Below, piece after piece: positions 17,246 through 27,255 of a stretch of DNA of 54,095 bases. The stretch lies in NCBI GenBank assembly GCA_031409655.1, contig JANNXQ010000289.1, forward strand, positions 1 through 54,095, in the 5' to 3' direction. The position numbers and the translations under genes were made by a program. This stretch comes from Chthoniobacteraceae bacterium (GTDB lineage Bacteria > Verrucomicrobiota > Verrucomicrobiia > Chthoniobacterales > Chthoniobacteraceae). The first letter of the stretch is position 1. Each line of letters opens with the position of its first letter. The notes below the pieces were generated by a model. The model did no database searches and had not been told where the DNA came from. It saw only the letters and a program-made list of their open reading frames with translations.

Positions 17246-20200
17246 TGAGCTCAGCCGCCTTCACGCTGACCCTCAACGGCGAGAGGGTCGAGGTGCGGGA
17301 CGCGGCGCCCGATACGACCTTGCTCGACTGGCTGCGCCGGACCGGGCGCGTGGGGACGAAATGCGGTTGCAACGAAGGCGACTGCGGAGCCTGCACGGTG
17401 GCGCTGCTCGAGACCGACGCGCAGGGCCGGCCCGCCTGGCGCGCGATCAACTCGTGCATCGCGCTGCTGCCGATGTTTGCCGGACGCGAACTCGTGACCG
17501 TGGAAGGCGTGGCCGATGGCGCGGAGTTGCATCCGGTGCAGGCCTGCATGGTGCAGCACTACGGCTCGCAGTGCGGCTACTGCACGCCGGGTTTTGTCAT
17601 GTCGATGTTCGAGGGCTTTCAGCGGGACGACATGAATGAGCCGTGGCAAATCGCGGATCAACTCAGCGGCAATCTGTGCCGCTGCACCGGCTACCGGCCC
17701 ATCCGCGACGCGATGCTCGACGCTCTCGCGCAGCGAACGCCCGACGCGCGCTTTGCGCGGGAGACGGCACCGCTTGCGCCGTTCACTTTCGAGCGCGAGA
17801 CAGAAATGTTTCACCGTCCCGCGACGCTGGCGGATTTGCTCAAGCTCAAGCGTCAGCATCCCGCCGCGGTGCTCGTGGCCGGCGCGACGGAGATCGGTGT
17901 ACTGATCAACAAGCGGCATCAGCGTTTTCCTAAGCTGATCTCGACGGAAGCGGTCGCGGAATTGCGTACGATCGTATCGACCGACGACGCGTGGCATCTC
18001 GGCGCGGCGGCAACGCTCACGGCGATCGAGGAGGCGCTCGGCGGCGAGTTGTCGTCGTTCGGAAAAATGCTTCGGCTCTTCGCCTCGCGGCAGATTCGCA
18101 GTCGCGCGACGCTTGGCGGAAATCTGGCAACGGCGTCGCCGATCGGCGATAGCGCACCGGTACTGCTTTCGCTCGATGCGTCGCTGGTCCTGGCCTCCGA
18201 AGCCGGCGAACGCACCGTGCCGCTCAGCGAATTTTTTACGGGATACCGGAAGACCGTTTTGCGCACGGATGAGGTCATCAGGACGATCGTGGTGCCGCGC
18301 AAGGAGTTGGGGCGCCCTCGCCCCGAGTTTGAGTCACGGGGCGAGGGCGCCCCTACTCCTTGGACGCGCACTGCATTTTTCAAGGTCTCGAAGCGGCGCG
18401 AGATGGACATCAGCACGGTCGCGGCGGCGTTTTGCATCGAGATCGATGCGCAGGGCTTGGTGACGCAGGCGCGGCTGGCGTTCGGCGGTGTCGCGGCGAC
18501 GCCGATGCGGGCGCTCGACGCCGAGCGGGCCTTGCTCGGGCGCACGCTGGAGGAAGGTGCGGCGGAGGTCGCGGCGACGTTGCGCGAGGCGTTCACGCCG
18601 ATCGACGATGCGCGGGGGAGTGCGGAGTTTCGGCGCGGATTGATCATCAGCCTGTGGGAGAAGTTCGTGCGTGGTGACGTGGAGGATTCGCTCAAGTTTT
18701 CGCCGAGCGAAGTCTGGTCGGCGACGGATGCCTCGCGGGCGCTGCCGCATGAGAGCGCGGTGGGGCACGTCACCGGCCGCGCGGAGTATGTGGACGATGT
18801 CGCACAGCGCCGGGGGATGCTGGAGCTGTGGCCGGTGCGCGCGCCGCACGCGCATGCAAAGATTCTCCGGCGCGACGCGGCCGCGGCGCGGCGGATGCCG
18901 GGCGTCGCGGCGGTGCTGCTCGCGGAAGATGTACCGGGTCACAACGACGTGGGGGGCCACCACGACGAAGTGCTCCTCGCGGATTCCGAAGTGCTCTTCC
19001 ACGGCCATCTCGTCGCGATCGTCGTCGGCGAAACATTGGCGGCGTGTCGTGCGGCGGCGGCGCTTGTGGAGATCGACTACGAACCGCTTCCGGCGGTGCT
19101 CACGATCCCCGAAGCAATCGCGGCGGACAGCTTTCACACCGCGCCAAACTTCATGCGACGCGGTGACTGGCGCGCGGCGCTCGAAGGCTCCGCGCATCGG
19201 ATCGAAGACGTCTTCGAGTTTGGCGGGCAGGAGCATTTCTATCTTGAGACGCAGGCCGCGTGGGCCGAGGTCGATGGGGAGGGGAATGTGCTCGTCTCCT
19301 CCTCGACGCAACATCCCACGGAGATCCAAACGATCGTCGCCGAGGTGCTGCACTTGCAGCGTCATCGCGTCGTCGTCCAGGCGCCGCGGATGGGCGGCGG
19401 CTTCGGTGGCAAGGAGACGCAGGGGAATACCTGGGCGGCGCTCGTGGCGCTCGCGGCGCTCAAGACGGGTCGCCCAGTGCGCGTGCAACTCGACCGCGAT
19501 CTCGACATGCAACTCACCGGCAAGCGCCATCCCTTTCGCACGCACTTTCACGCTGGCTTCGATCCGGAGGGAAAGCTCCGCGCGCTGAAGTGCGAGCTCA
19601 TCTCGAATGGCGGCTGGTCGCTCGATCTCTCCCAGCCAGTCACGGATCGCGCGATGTTTCACCTCGATAATGCCTACTACCTCCCGAACGTGGAAGTGAG
19701 CGGGCGCGTCGCAAAGACGCACCTCGCGTCGAACACGGCGTTCCGCGGATTCGGCGGACCGCAGGGGATGCTCGTCATCGAGGAGATCATGGACCGCATC
19801 GCGCGGCAGCTCGGGCTCCCGCCGGAAGTCGTCCGCGAGCGGAATCTCTATCACGGGACCGGTGCGACGAATACAACCCACTACGGCCAGGAAATCGGCG
19901 ACAACCGCATCCAGGCGATCTGGCATCGGCTGAAGGAAACGTCCGGCCTCGCCGCGCGCCGCGCGGAGATTGCGGAGTGGAATGCCACGCACCGCGGCCG
20001 CAAACGCGGTCTGGCGATCACGCCGGTGAAGTTCGGCATCAGCTTCACTTTCACGCCCTACAATCAAGCCGGCGCGCTCGTGCTGATCTACCGCGACGGC
20101 ACCGTGCAGGTGAATCACGGCGGCACCGAGATGGGCCAGGGCTTGCACACGAAAATCCTCGGCATCGCGATGCGCGAACTCGGCGTGCCGCGCGAGTCCA

Positions 20201-20970
20201 TCCGCATGATGACCACGGCCACGGACAAGGTCCCTAACACTTCGGCCACTGCGGCGTCGAGCGGCTCCGATCTGAATGGCGCAGCGGTGCAGGACGCGTG
20301 TCGGCAGCTCCGCGCGCGGCTCGCGCCGATCGAGGCCGAGCTGCGCCAGAGCGGAAAAGAGCCGACCTTCGCGGAAGTCGTCGAGCGCGCCTACCTGCAG
20401 CGGGTGAGCCTCAGCGCGCAGGGCTTCTATGCGACGCCGGGTCTCCACTGGGATCGCGCCGCGGGTCAGGGCCGCCCCTTTCACTACTACGCCTGCGGGG
20501 CGGCGGTCACGGAGGTGGAGGTGGATGGCGACACCGGGATGAGCCGCGTGCGCCGGGTGGACATCCTGCACGACGCTGGCCATCCGCTAAATCCGCAGAT
20601 CGACCGCGGCCAGATCGAAGGCGGCTTCGTGCAGGGCCTGGGCTGGCTCACTTCCGAAGAACTCCGCTGGGACCCAAGCGGCGTCCTGCTCACCCACAGC
20701 GCGAGCACCTATCAGATTCCCGCAATCAGCGATGCGCCTGCGGATTTCCGGGTCGCGCTTTTTGAAAATGCCGAGCAACCGAACGTCGTCCACGGCAGCA
20801 AAGCCGTGGGCGAACCGCCGCTGATGCTCGCGATCTCCGTGCGCGAAGCGATGCGCGAAGCCGTCGCCTCTTTTGGCACCGCGCCCCGCCGCGTGAGTCT
20901 GCCATCGCCCGCGGTTCCAGAGGCCGTGTTCGCGGCGATTCAGAGCGTGCGGAAAGAGATGACGACCTAA
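17242..20970 (+). CDS. xdhB: Single-chain xanthine dehydrogenase (XdhA+XdhB fusion: 2x[2Fe-2S], FAD, Moco)
   Basis: GCNEGDCGACTV, QCGYCTPG, GNLCRCTGY, ATLGGNLATASPIGD, KVSKR, EHFYLE, RMGGGFGGKE, AFRGFGGPQG, GTEMGQG, SKAVGEPP. Confidence 0.95.
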   Translation: MMSSAAFTLTLNGERVEVRDAAPDTTLLDWLRRTGRVGTKCGCNEGDCGACTVALLETDAQGRPAWRAINSCIALLPMFAGRELVTVEGVADGAELHPVQACMVQHYGSQCGYCTPGFVMSMFEGFQRDDMNEPWQIADQLSGNLCRCTGYRPIRDAMLDALAQRTPDARFARETAPLAPFTFERETEMFHRPATLADLLKLKRQHPAAVLVAGATEIGVLINKRHQRFPKLISTEAVAELRTIVSTDDAWHLGAAATLTAIEEALGGELSSFGKMLRLFASRQIRSRATLGGNLATASPIGDSAPVLLSLDASLVLASEAGERTVPLSEFFTGYRKTVLRTDEVIRTIVVPRKELGRPRPEFESRGEGAPTPWTRTAFFKVSKRREMDISTVAAAFCIEIDAQGLVTQARLAFGGVAATPMRALDAERALLGRTLEEGAAEVAATLREAFTPIDDARGSAEFRRGLIISLWEKFVRGDVEDSLKFSPSEVWSATDASRALPHESAVGHVTGRAEYVDDVAQRRGMLELWPVRAPHAHAKILRRDAAAARRMPGVAAVLLAEDVPGHNDVGGHHDEVLLADSEVLFHGHLVAIVVGETLAACRAAAALVEIDYEPLPAVLTIPEAIAADSFHTAPNFMRRGDWRAALEGSAHRIEDVFEFGGQEHFYLETQAAWAEVDGEGNVLVSSSTQHPTEIQTIVAEVLHLQRHRVVVQAPRMGGGFGGKETQGNTWAALVALAALKTGRPVRVQLDRDLDMQLTGKRHPFRTHFHAGFDPEGKLRALKCELISNGGWSLDLSQPVTDRAMFHLDNAYYLPNVEVSGRVAKTHLASNTAFRGFGGPQGMLVIEEIMDRIARQLGLPPEVVRERNLYHGTGATNTTHYGQEIGDNRIQAIWHRLKETSGLAARRAEIAEWNATHRGRKRGLAITPVKFGISFTFTPYNQAGALVLIYRDGTVQVNHGGTEMGQGLHTKILGIAMRELGVPRESIRMMTTATDKVPNTSATAASSGSDLNGAAVQDACRQLRARLAPIEAELRQSGKEPTFAEVVERAYLQRVSLSAQGFYATPGLHWDRAAGQGRPFHYYACGAAVTEVEVDGDTGMSRVRRVDILHDAGHPLNPQIDRGQIEGGFVQGLGWLTSEELRWDPSGVLLTHSASTYQIPAISDAPADFRVALFENAEQPNVVHGSKAVGEPPLMLAISVREAMREAVASFGTAPRRVSLPSPAVPEAVFAAIQSVRKEMTT
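18300..18364. repeat. REP-like palindrome inserted in frame in xdh (encodes KELGRPRPEFESRGEGAPTPW)
   Basis: 24-bp arms aaggagttggggcgccctcgcccc / ggggcgagggcgcccctactcctt, matching the intergenic copy at 31160-31223 except for one base. Confidence 0.92.
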
Positions 20971-21016
20971 GTTTCCCCCGGCACTCTCGCTCTCTCTATT
21001 CTTTGCTGCCCGTCCC

Positions 21017-22504
21017 ATGCTCCGCCTCCTGCGTTTTCTCCCGCTCTCTCTGATCCTCTCCACTGCCGCCTTTGCCGGTGAGCGCCCCATCTCCCGTCCC
21101 GGCGTGCTCCTCCTCACGCACGAAGCCGCGATGCAGATGGCGCTGGCGAAGAACTTCGCCATCCAAGTCCAGCGCTTCGCGCCGCAGGTCGCCGAGCAGC
21201 GGGTCCGCAGCGCGTGGGGCGAATTCGATCCCGTGCTTTCCGCAAAATGGGACCGCGATGATAACACCCGCCGGAACCAGTTCGTGGATTCAAGGGTGCA
21301 ACTCGCGCGGTCGAGTTCGCGCACGGACGACTGGAATGTCGGCTTCGGTGGGCTCACCCCGTGGGGCCTGCGCTACGATCTCGGGCTCGGCAGCACGACT
21401 TCGAGCGGAACCGCAAGCTCGGGCGACGATCGATTCGCCACGAGCACCCGGCTCGCCATCGAGCAACCGCTGCTGCGCGGTTTCGGCCCAGCAGTGAATC
21501 TCGATGTGGTGCGGATCGCGCGGAACAACGCCTTTGCCTCCGAGTGGGCGTTTCGCCAGCAGATCATCGACACCCTGACCGAGACCGATTTCGTGTACAA
21601 CGACCTGCACTTCGCGCTCGAGAATCTCAAAGTCGCCGAGCGGTCGCGGGCGCTGGCTCTGCAACTCTACTCCGACAACGAAGCGCGGCTGAAGATCGGG
21701 GTGAAATCGCCCCTGGACGTCACCGAAGCACGAGCGGAAGCGGCGGCGCGTGAGGAAGCCGTGATCCTGGCGCGGCGGGTGGTGCGCGATAACGAAAACC
21801 TGCTCAAGCAACTCGTCACCAATGATCTCGAGTCGATGCTTTCGATTCAGGTCGAGATCGAGCCGCCACCGTCTCCGTCGTTCGCCCCGGATGTGCCCCG
21901 GGGAATCAATGACGCGCTTGGTCTGCGTCCCGACTATCAGCAGGCGTTGCTCGTTTTGAAGAATCGCAACGTCACGCTGGCCTTCCAGCGCAATGCGACT
22001 TTGCCGCGGTTCGACCTCACCGGTTCGCTCGAACTGCTCGGCCTGGGCACCAACTTCGGATCCAGCGTGGAGCGCACCCCGCGGCGAGATCAGACGATTT
22101 GGACCGTCGGTGCGGTCGTCAGCATCCCGATCCCCAATCGAGAGGCGCTCGGAAATGAGGCCGCCGCCCGCCTGCAAGTCGCCCAGCAAATGGTGGAGCT
22201 GAAGCGCCTCGAACAAAAGATCGTCGTCGAGGTGGACAATGCCAGCGGGCAGGTGGTCACCTCCCGCGAGCGGATCGTTTCGAATGAGGAAGCGCGCCGT
22301 CTCGCCCGCGAGAGCCTGGATGCGGGCGAGGAGCGTTTGAAGGCGGGCGTCGGAACGACCTTCGTGGTGCTCGAACTCCAAGCCAAGCTGGCGGAGGCGG
22401 AGGCCGCGGAAATCCGCGCCCGAGCGGACTACAACAAAGCGGTCTCGGAATACTATCGGCAGACCGGGACTTCGCTGCGGGTGTACAATGTGAACCTGCA
22501 GTAG
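21017..22504 (+). CDS. TolC-family outer membrane efflux protein
   Basis: Signal peptide; two OEP-like repeats (AL..N..I, RPD...., LPRFDL, G....VL..Q..L..A). Confidence 0.85.
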   Translation: MLRLLRFLPLSLILSTAAFAGERPISRPGVLLLTHEAAMQMALAKNFAIQVQRFAPQVAEQRVRSAWGEFDPVLSAKWDRDDNTRRNQFVDSRVQLARSSSRTDDWNVGFGGLTPWGLRYDLGLGSTTSSGTASSGDDRFATSTRLAIEQPLLRGFGPAVNLDVVRIARNNAFASEWAFRQQIIDTLTETDFVYNDLHFALENLKVAERSRALALQLYSDNEARLKIGVKSPLDVTEARAEAAAREEAVILARRVVRDNENLLKQLVTNDLESMLSIQVEIEPPPSPSFAPDVPRGINDALGLRPDYQQALLVLKNRNVTLAFQRNATLPRFDLTGSLELLGLGTNFGSSVERTPRRDQTIWTVGAVVSIPIPNREALGNEAAARLQVAQQMVELKRLEQKIVVEVDNASGQVVTSRERIVSNEEARRLARESLDAGEERLKAGVGTTFVVLELQAKLAEAEAAEIRARADYNKAVSEYYRQTGTSLRVYNVNLQ

Positions 22505-22517
22505 CGGCGCCGAACCG

Positions 22518-23915
22518 TCACTGCGCCGCGCGCGTCTGGACAAATTTGCCGGGATTCAGCAGCCCGCTCGGATCGAGCGCGGTCTTCAGCGCGACATGCA
22601 CTTCGCGGCTCACGGCGCTCGCCGCCTGCGGCCACCAGCGTTCCTTCGCCACGCCGATTCCGTGTTCGCCGGTGATCGCGCCACCCCAGGCAAGCACCTG
22701 GGTGAAAAGCTCATCGAGCGCGAGGCCGACTCTCGCCTTCACCGCAGGGTCGCTGTGATAGTTCGCGGCCATGATGTTCGTGTGGATGTTGCCGTCGCCC
22801 GCGTGACCGAAGCAGGCGATCGGGTAGCCGTATTTCTTGCGCAGTTTCGCGGCGAAATTGGCGAGATCCACGAGCCGTCCGCGCGGGACGACGATGTCTT
22901 CGTTGAGCTTGATCAGCCCGGTGGACTTCAGCGATTCGGAGAATTTGCGCCGCAACTGCCAGAGCTTCTCACACGCGACCTCGCCGTGCGCCGTCGCGAG
23001 ATGCAGCGCGCCGAGGCTTTGCAAGAGCGCGGCAAGCGAGCGCGTCTCCGAGCGCACAGATGCAGGCTGGCCGTCGAGGTCGATGAGTACGTGACCTTCA
23101 CCGGCCGGCACGATCGCCGCGCCGAGATGCTCGCGCGCGCTTTTTAGCGTGAAGCTATCGGCTATCTCGAGCGCGGCCGGGAGGAAGCCCGCGTGGAAGA
23201 TTTTCTGCACCGCATCCGCGGCCTGACGGAAGGTGCGGAAGCTGGCGGAAAGACTGGCGCGCGCGGGCGGGAGCGGCAGCAGGCGCAGGGTGGCCTCGGT
23301 GACGACGCCGAGCAAGCCTTCGGAGCCAACAAAGATTCCGATGAGGTCGAAACCGGTTTTGTTTTTGTGCGTCCGCCCGCCGGTGCGGAGGACGCGGCCA
23401 TCGGCGAGCACCACTTCGAGACCGAGGATGTAGTGGCGGGTGACGCCATACTTCAGGCAGCGCGGGCCGCCGGCATTCGTGGCGATGTTGCCGCCGAGGC
23501 TGCAGTCCGCAAGGCTCGCGGGGTCGGGCGGATAGTAGAGGCCCTGCGCGCGCACGGCGGCTTGCAGCACGCCAGTGATCACGCCCGGTTCGACGACCGC
23601 AACGCCGTCGGCAAAGTGGATCTCTTTGATGCGATTCATCCGCGCCAGCGAGAGCGCGATGCCCCCGTGCAGCGGCACGCAACCGCCGACGTAGCCATAA
23701 CCCGCCCCGCGTGCCGTGACCGGGATGCCGCGCCGATGGGCGAAGCGGAGGACTTTGCTCACCTCCTCCGTCGTGCGCGGAAAGACCACCACATCCGGCG
23801 CGCGGCTCGCGAACCACTTGTCGGTCGCATGTTCGGCGAGCGTCTGTGTCGCCACGGACACCTGCTCGGGACCGATGAGCCGGGCGAGTTGCTTTGCGAA
23901 AAGAGGTGCGGGCAT
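22518..23915 (-). CDS. FAD-linked oxidase, glycolate oxidase GlcD / D-2-hydroxyacid dehydrogenase type
   Basis: [54 protein letters not shown]. Confidence 0.85.
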   Translation of the reverse strand: MPAPLFAKQLARLIGPEQVSVATQTLAEHATDKWFASRAPDVVVFPRTTEEVSKVLRFAHRRGIPVTARGAGYGYVGGCVPLHGGIALSLARMNRIKEIHFADGVAVVEPGVITGVLQAAVRAQGLYYPPDPASLADCSLGGNIATNAGGPRCLKYGVTRHYILGLEVVLADGRVLRTGGRTHKNKTGFDLIGIFVGSEGLLGVVTEATLRLLPLPPARASLSASFRTFRQAADAVQKIFHAGFLPAALEIADSFTLKSAREHLGAAIVPAGEGHVLIDLDGQPASVRSETRSLAALLQSLGALHLATAHGEVACEKLWQLRRKFSESLKSTGLIKLNEDIVVPRGRLVDLANFAAKLRKKYGYPIACFGHAGDGNIHTNIMAANYHSDPAVKARVGLALDELFTQVLAWGGAITGEHGIGVAKERWWPQAASAVSREVHVALKTALDPSGLLNPGKFVQTRAAQ

Positions 23916-23935
23916 CCGCGGATTCGCCGCCACGT

Positions 23936-24697
23936 TCAACGTTCCTCAGTCCCCTTGCCGCCCAGGGCTTTTTGAATGCTGCCGCTCATGCGCTGGAGAA
24001 ATCCCGGCTTCGGTTCCGGTTCTTTCGGCGGAAGAGGCTCGGCCCGGCGGATCTCCGGTTCGCGTTCGACCGCGACCACGGCAGTCGCCTGCGTCTTGGG
24101 TTTCACTTTCGGCCGCGGCACCGGCGTGGGCGTGGGCGGGGCTGCGGTGACGAGTGGCGACGGCGGATCGACCGGAAAGCCATCGTGCGAAATGACGCTC
24201 CCCTTCCCCGCACTGACCACGATGCGTCCGAGTTCCGCACCCGCGTCGTCCACGCAGGTCACCGTCCAGAGCGGCACGGCTTCGGGCCCATCCTTGCGGA
24301 GTTCGTAGTGCATCACGGCGACGCTCGCGTTGTTTGCGAGCGCATATTGCTGGGTGATTTTCGCGACCTTGTCGGAATCAAATTTCAACGCTTCGCCCCC
24401 GAAGACATCCGCTGGCTGCACGCTCTCGACGAACTGGGAGAGATTGCGCGAGGCGACCACTTCGCCGGCGGCGATGACAAATTCGCGCAGGCCGTTTTCG
24501 GATTTCTCGTCGTGCGTGAGGAGATACCAGCGTTCTGGATCAGGCGTGCCGTCGCGCGCTTCGATCCGCGCGAGTTTCTTCGACTCCCCTTTGGGCAGCA
24601 GTTTGAGCGCGTCGATGGCCGTGGGCGTCTCAGCCGCCTGGGCCAAAGCCCCAGCGGCCCAGCAATGCGCGACGAGGAGCGCGAGGAGCGGTTTCAT
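23936..24697 (-). CDS. Secreted hypothetical protein with a Pro/Lys-rich C-terminal tail
   Basis: Signal peptide [19 protein letters not shown]; coding-type codon bias; the ORF-track N-terminal extension runs through a repeat. Confidence 0.7.
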   Translation of the reverse strand: MKPLLALLVAHCWAAGALAQAAETPTAIDALKLLPKGESKKLARIEARDGTPDPERWYLLTHDEKSENGLREFVIAAGEVVASRNLSQFVESVQPADVFGGEALKFDSDKVAKITQQYALANNASVAVMHYELRKDGPEAVPLWTVTCVDDAGAELGRIVVSAGKGSVISHDGFPVDPPSPLVTAAPPTPTPVPRPKVKPKTQATAVVAVEREPEIRRAEPLPPKEPEPKPGFLQRMSGSIQKALGGKGTEER

Positions 24698-24761
24698 GGA
24701 ATGCATCCGACGTGCGAACTTAGCGAGCCGACGGCGGGATTCAAAGCGAATGTCCATCGGC

Positions 24762-24887
24762 CCCGGGAGCGCCGCCGTCCCGTGCGGCATCGTCACTCGC
24801 GCGCGCAGCGCCGCTCAGATGTGGTGCTGCGCGCAATCGGGAGGTTGCCGCACGGGACGGCGGCGCTCCCAGGCGGCGCTCCCAGGG
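24762..24887. repeat. GGAG-type REP inverted doublet with internal hairpin
   Basis: cccgggagcgccgccgtcccgtgcggca ... tgccgcacgggacggcggcgctcccagg, followed by a short tandem duplication of cggcgctcccagg. Confidence 0.85.
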
Positions 24888-24934
24888 TGAGGAATTTCTT
24901 TACCGGCTCGACGGCGCTTCGCAGAGTCGCGCGC

Positions 24935-26119
24935 ATGATTATCAAACCCAAAATCCGCGGCTTCATCTGCGTTACGGCTCACCCGGCCGGCTGCGCGGCG
25001 CATGTCCGGGGGCAGATCGATTTTGTGCGTTCCAAAGGCGCGCTGCGGGAGATGCCGAAGCGGGTTTTGGTGGTCGGCGCCTCGACGGGCTACGGGCTGG
25101 CGAGCCGCATCGTGCCAGCATTTGCGGGTGGCGCGGCGACGGTCGGCGTGTTCTTTGAGAAGCCCTCGGAGAACGGCAAGCCGGCAAGCGCGGGGTGGTA
25201 CAATTCGTGCGCCTTTGAACAGGAAGCGCACGCCGCCGGCCTCCACGCGAAGAGCGTGAATGGCGATGCTTTCTCGGAGGAAATCAAGACGCGCACCATC
25301 GACCTCATCAAGGCGGACCTCGGACAGGTGGACCTCATCGTTTATAGCCTCGCTTCTCCGCGCCGCACGCATCCGAAGACCGGCGTGACCGCGAAGTCTG
25401 TGCTGAAGCCGGTCGGCCCGCCTTTCACGGCGAAGACCGTGGACACCGACAAAGGCACGGTCTCGGACATCACCATCGACTCCGCGAGCGAGGAGGAGAT
25501 CGCGGACACGGTCACCGTCATGGGTGGCGAGGATTGGGAAATGTGGATTGACGCGCTCGCCGCGGCAGGTGCGCTCGCGCCGGGTGCGAAGACGGTGGCG
25601 TATTCCTATCTCGGACCGGATCTGACGTGGGCGATCTACCGCGCGGGGACGATCGGGCGGGCAAAGGAAGATCTGGAAGCGACCGCAAAACGGCTCCACG
25701 AAAAGCTCTCCGGCTCCGGCGGCGCGGCGTATGTCTCCGTGAACAAGGCGCTGGTCACGCAGGCCAGTTCAGCGATCCCCGTGGTGCCGCTCTACATTTC
25801 GCTCCTCTACAAAGTGATGAAAGCGCAAGGACTGCACGAAGGCTGCATCGAGCAGATCCAGCGACTCTTTGCCGACCGGCTCTACAACGGCGCCGCGCCC
25901 CAGCCCGACGACGAAGGGCGTATCCGGATCGATGATTGGGAGATGCGGCCGGACATCCAGGCGGCAGTTGCCGCGCTCTGGCCGTCGGTGACGACGGAGA
26001 GTCTGCCGACCGTCTCGGACATCGCGGGATATCGGCAGGAATTCCTGCGGCTCTTCGGCTTCGGGATGGCGGGCGTGGACTACGACGCCGAGGTCGATCC
26101 CGAGGTGAAGCTGAGCTAA
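24935..26119 (+). CDS. fabV: Enoyl-ACP / trans-2-enoyl-CoA reductase FabV
   Basis: [58 protein letters not shown]. Confidence 0.95.
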   Translation: MIIKPKIRGFICVTAHPAGCAAHVRGQIDFVRSKGALREMPKRVLVVGASTGYGLASRIVPAFAGGAATVGVFFEKPSENGKPASAGWYNSCAFEQEAHAAGLHAKSVNGDAFSEEIKTRTIDLIKADLGQVDLIVYSLASPRRTHPKTGVTAKSVLKPVGPPFTAKTVDTDKGTVSDITIDSASEEEIADTVTVMGGEDWEMWIDALAAAGALAPGAKTVAYSYLGPDLTWAIYRAGTIGRAKEDLEATAKRLHEKLSGSGGAAYVSVNKALVTQASSAIPVVPLYISLLYKVMKAQGLHEGCIEQIQRLFADRLYNGAAPQPDDEGRIRIDDWEMRPDIQAAVAALWPSVTTESLPTVSDIAGYRQEFLRLFGFGMAGVDYDAEVDPEVKLS

Positions 26120-26125
26120 AGGGGA

Positions 26126-26225
26126 AATTCACCGCGAAGGAGCGAAGCAGCAAAGAGTGCAGAGCAACAAGGGCGCATCGTTCTTCCCTTCGCTGCTTCG
26201 CTTCTTCGCGGTGAATTCCTTTTTT
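26126..26225. repeat. 30-bp inverted repeat (aattcaccgcgaag family) between convergent fabV and nth; probable terminator
   Basis: Arms 26126-26155 and 26188-26217 differ at 2 G-U-compatible positions; followed by a T tract. Confidence 0.75.
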
Positions 26226-26233
26226 CCGCGCGG

Positions 26234-26872
26234 CTACTTTGCTTTGCCAGCGCTGGGGCAGAGGCTCGCGATCTCACACGCAGCGCAGTCGGGCTTGCGA
26301 GCCATGCAGCGGCGGCGGCCATGCCAGATGAGCCAGTGGCTGAAAAGCGTCCATTGCTCGCGCGGGATGAGTTTCATCAAGTCCTGCTCGATCTTCTCCG
26401 GCGTCGTCTGCTTCGTGAGGCCGAGCCGTGCGGAAAGACGCTGCACATGCGTATCGACGACGACGCCCACATTGATCCCAAACGCATTCCCGAGGACCAC
26501 GTTTGCCGTCTTGCGCCCGACGCCGGCGAGCGGCGTGAGTTCGTCCATCGTCCGCGGCACTTCCCCTCCGTGCCGGGCGACTAGCGCCGTGCAACACGCT
26601 TTGAGGTTCTTTGCCTTGGCGCGGAAGAAGCCGGTCGTTTTGACGATCTCCTCGAGCTGCTCCTGCGGCAGCGAGACGTAGTCCTGCGCACTCTGGCAGA
26701 CGCGGAAGAGTTCCTTGGTCACGATGTTCACGCGCTTGTCCGTGCATTGCGCGGAGAGGATCGTGGCCAGGAGCAGCTCCAGCGGATTGCGGTAGTCCAG
26801 CTCGCAGTGCGCGTCGGGATAAGTGCGCGCCAGCGCGGCGACCACGGCGGTGGCGCGTTCGGCGCGCGTCAC
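26234..26872 (-). CDS. nth: Endonuclease III
   Basis: LLATILSAQCTDKRVN, HhH L.GVGRKTANVV, VDTHV, C-terminal C..RKP.C..C.....C Fe-S motif. Confidence 0.95.
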   Translation of the reverse strand: MTRAERATAVVAALARTYPDAHCELDYRNPLELLLATILSAQCTDKRVNIVTKELFRVCQSAQDYVSLPQEQLEEIVKTTGFFRAKAKNLKACCTALVARHGGEVPRTMDELTPLAGVGRKTANVVLGNAFGINVGVVVDTHVQRLSARLGLTKQTTPEKIEQDLMKLIPREQWTLFSHWLIWHGRRRCMARKPDCAACEIASLCPSAGKAK

Positions 26873-27123
26873 TTCGCTTTCGGCGTGGGGGCTCCGACGC
26901 CCCCGAGCGCCTCCACCTTCTGCTTGGCCTGCTCGGCAAAGGGCGAGTCGGGATACTTCTCCACGATGTCCTGATAAGCGCGGACCGCCGCTTTCTTCTG
27001 GCGATCACGGAATACTTTCACCTTCTCGGCCTGCTGTTCGGCTTGGGTCTTCTCTTTCTTGCAGCCGATCAGGCTGCTGCCAAAAGAGGCCAACAGGAGG
27101 AGGGCGAAGATATTGCGGAGCAT
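26869..27123 (-). CDS. Small lipoprotein with a TPR-like Y.....KYP.S..A..A segment
   Basis: Hydrophobic signal and lipobox LIGC; overlaps the nth start by 4 nt. Confidence 0.7.
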   Translation of the reverse strand: MLRNIFALLLLASFGSSLIGCKKEKTQAEQQAEKVKVFRDRQKKAAVRAYQDIVEKYPDSPFAEQAKQKVEALGGVGAPTPKAK

Positions 27124-27255
27124 GAGGGAAGGGATCAGGGGAGCCGCGGCTGGGCCGCCAGCGCCGGCAGTTTTAAGCACGAATCCCCGTCGATGGACAC
27201 AAATAACCCGCGCCGCGGCAGGCCTCTGCGAGACTGACGTTTCCTCGAAAGCGGT

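Noticed and set aside
23894..24934. Long N-terminal extension of FabV in the ORF track (also extensions on rnhA, uraD, alc, folC, rpe, DUF1501 and leuS)
   Set aside because: The extensions overlap other genes or run through repeats; conserved N-termini begin at downstream starts.
27175..27210. Weak cacgaat/gacacaaat repeat-like sequence
   Set aside because: Too degenerate and has no inverted partner.
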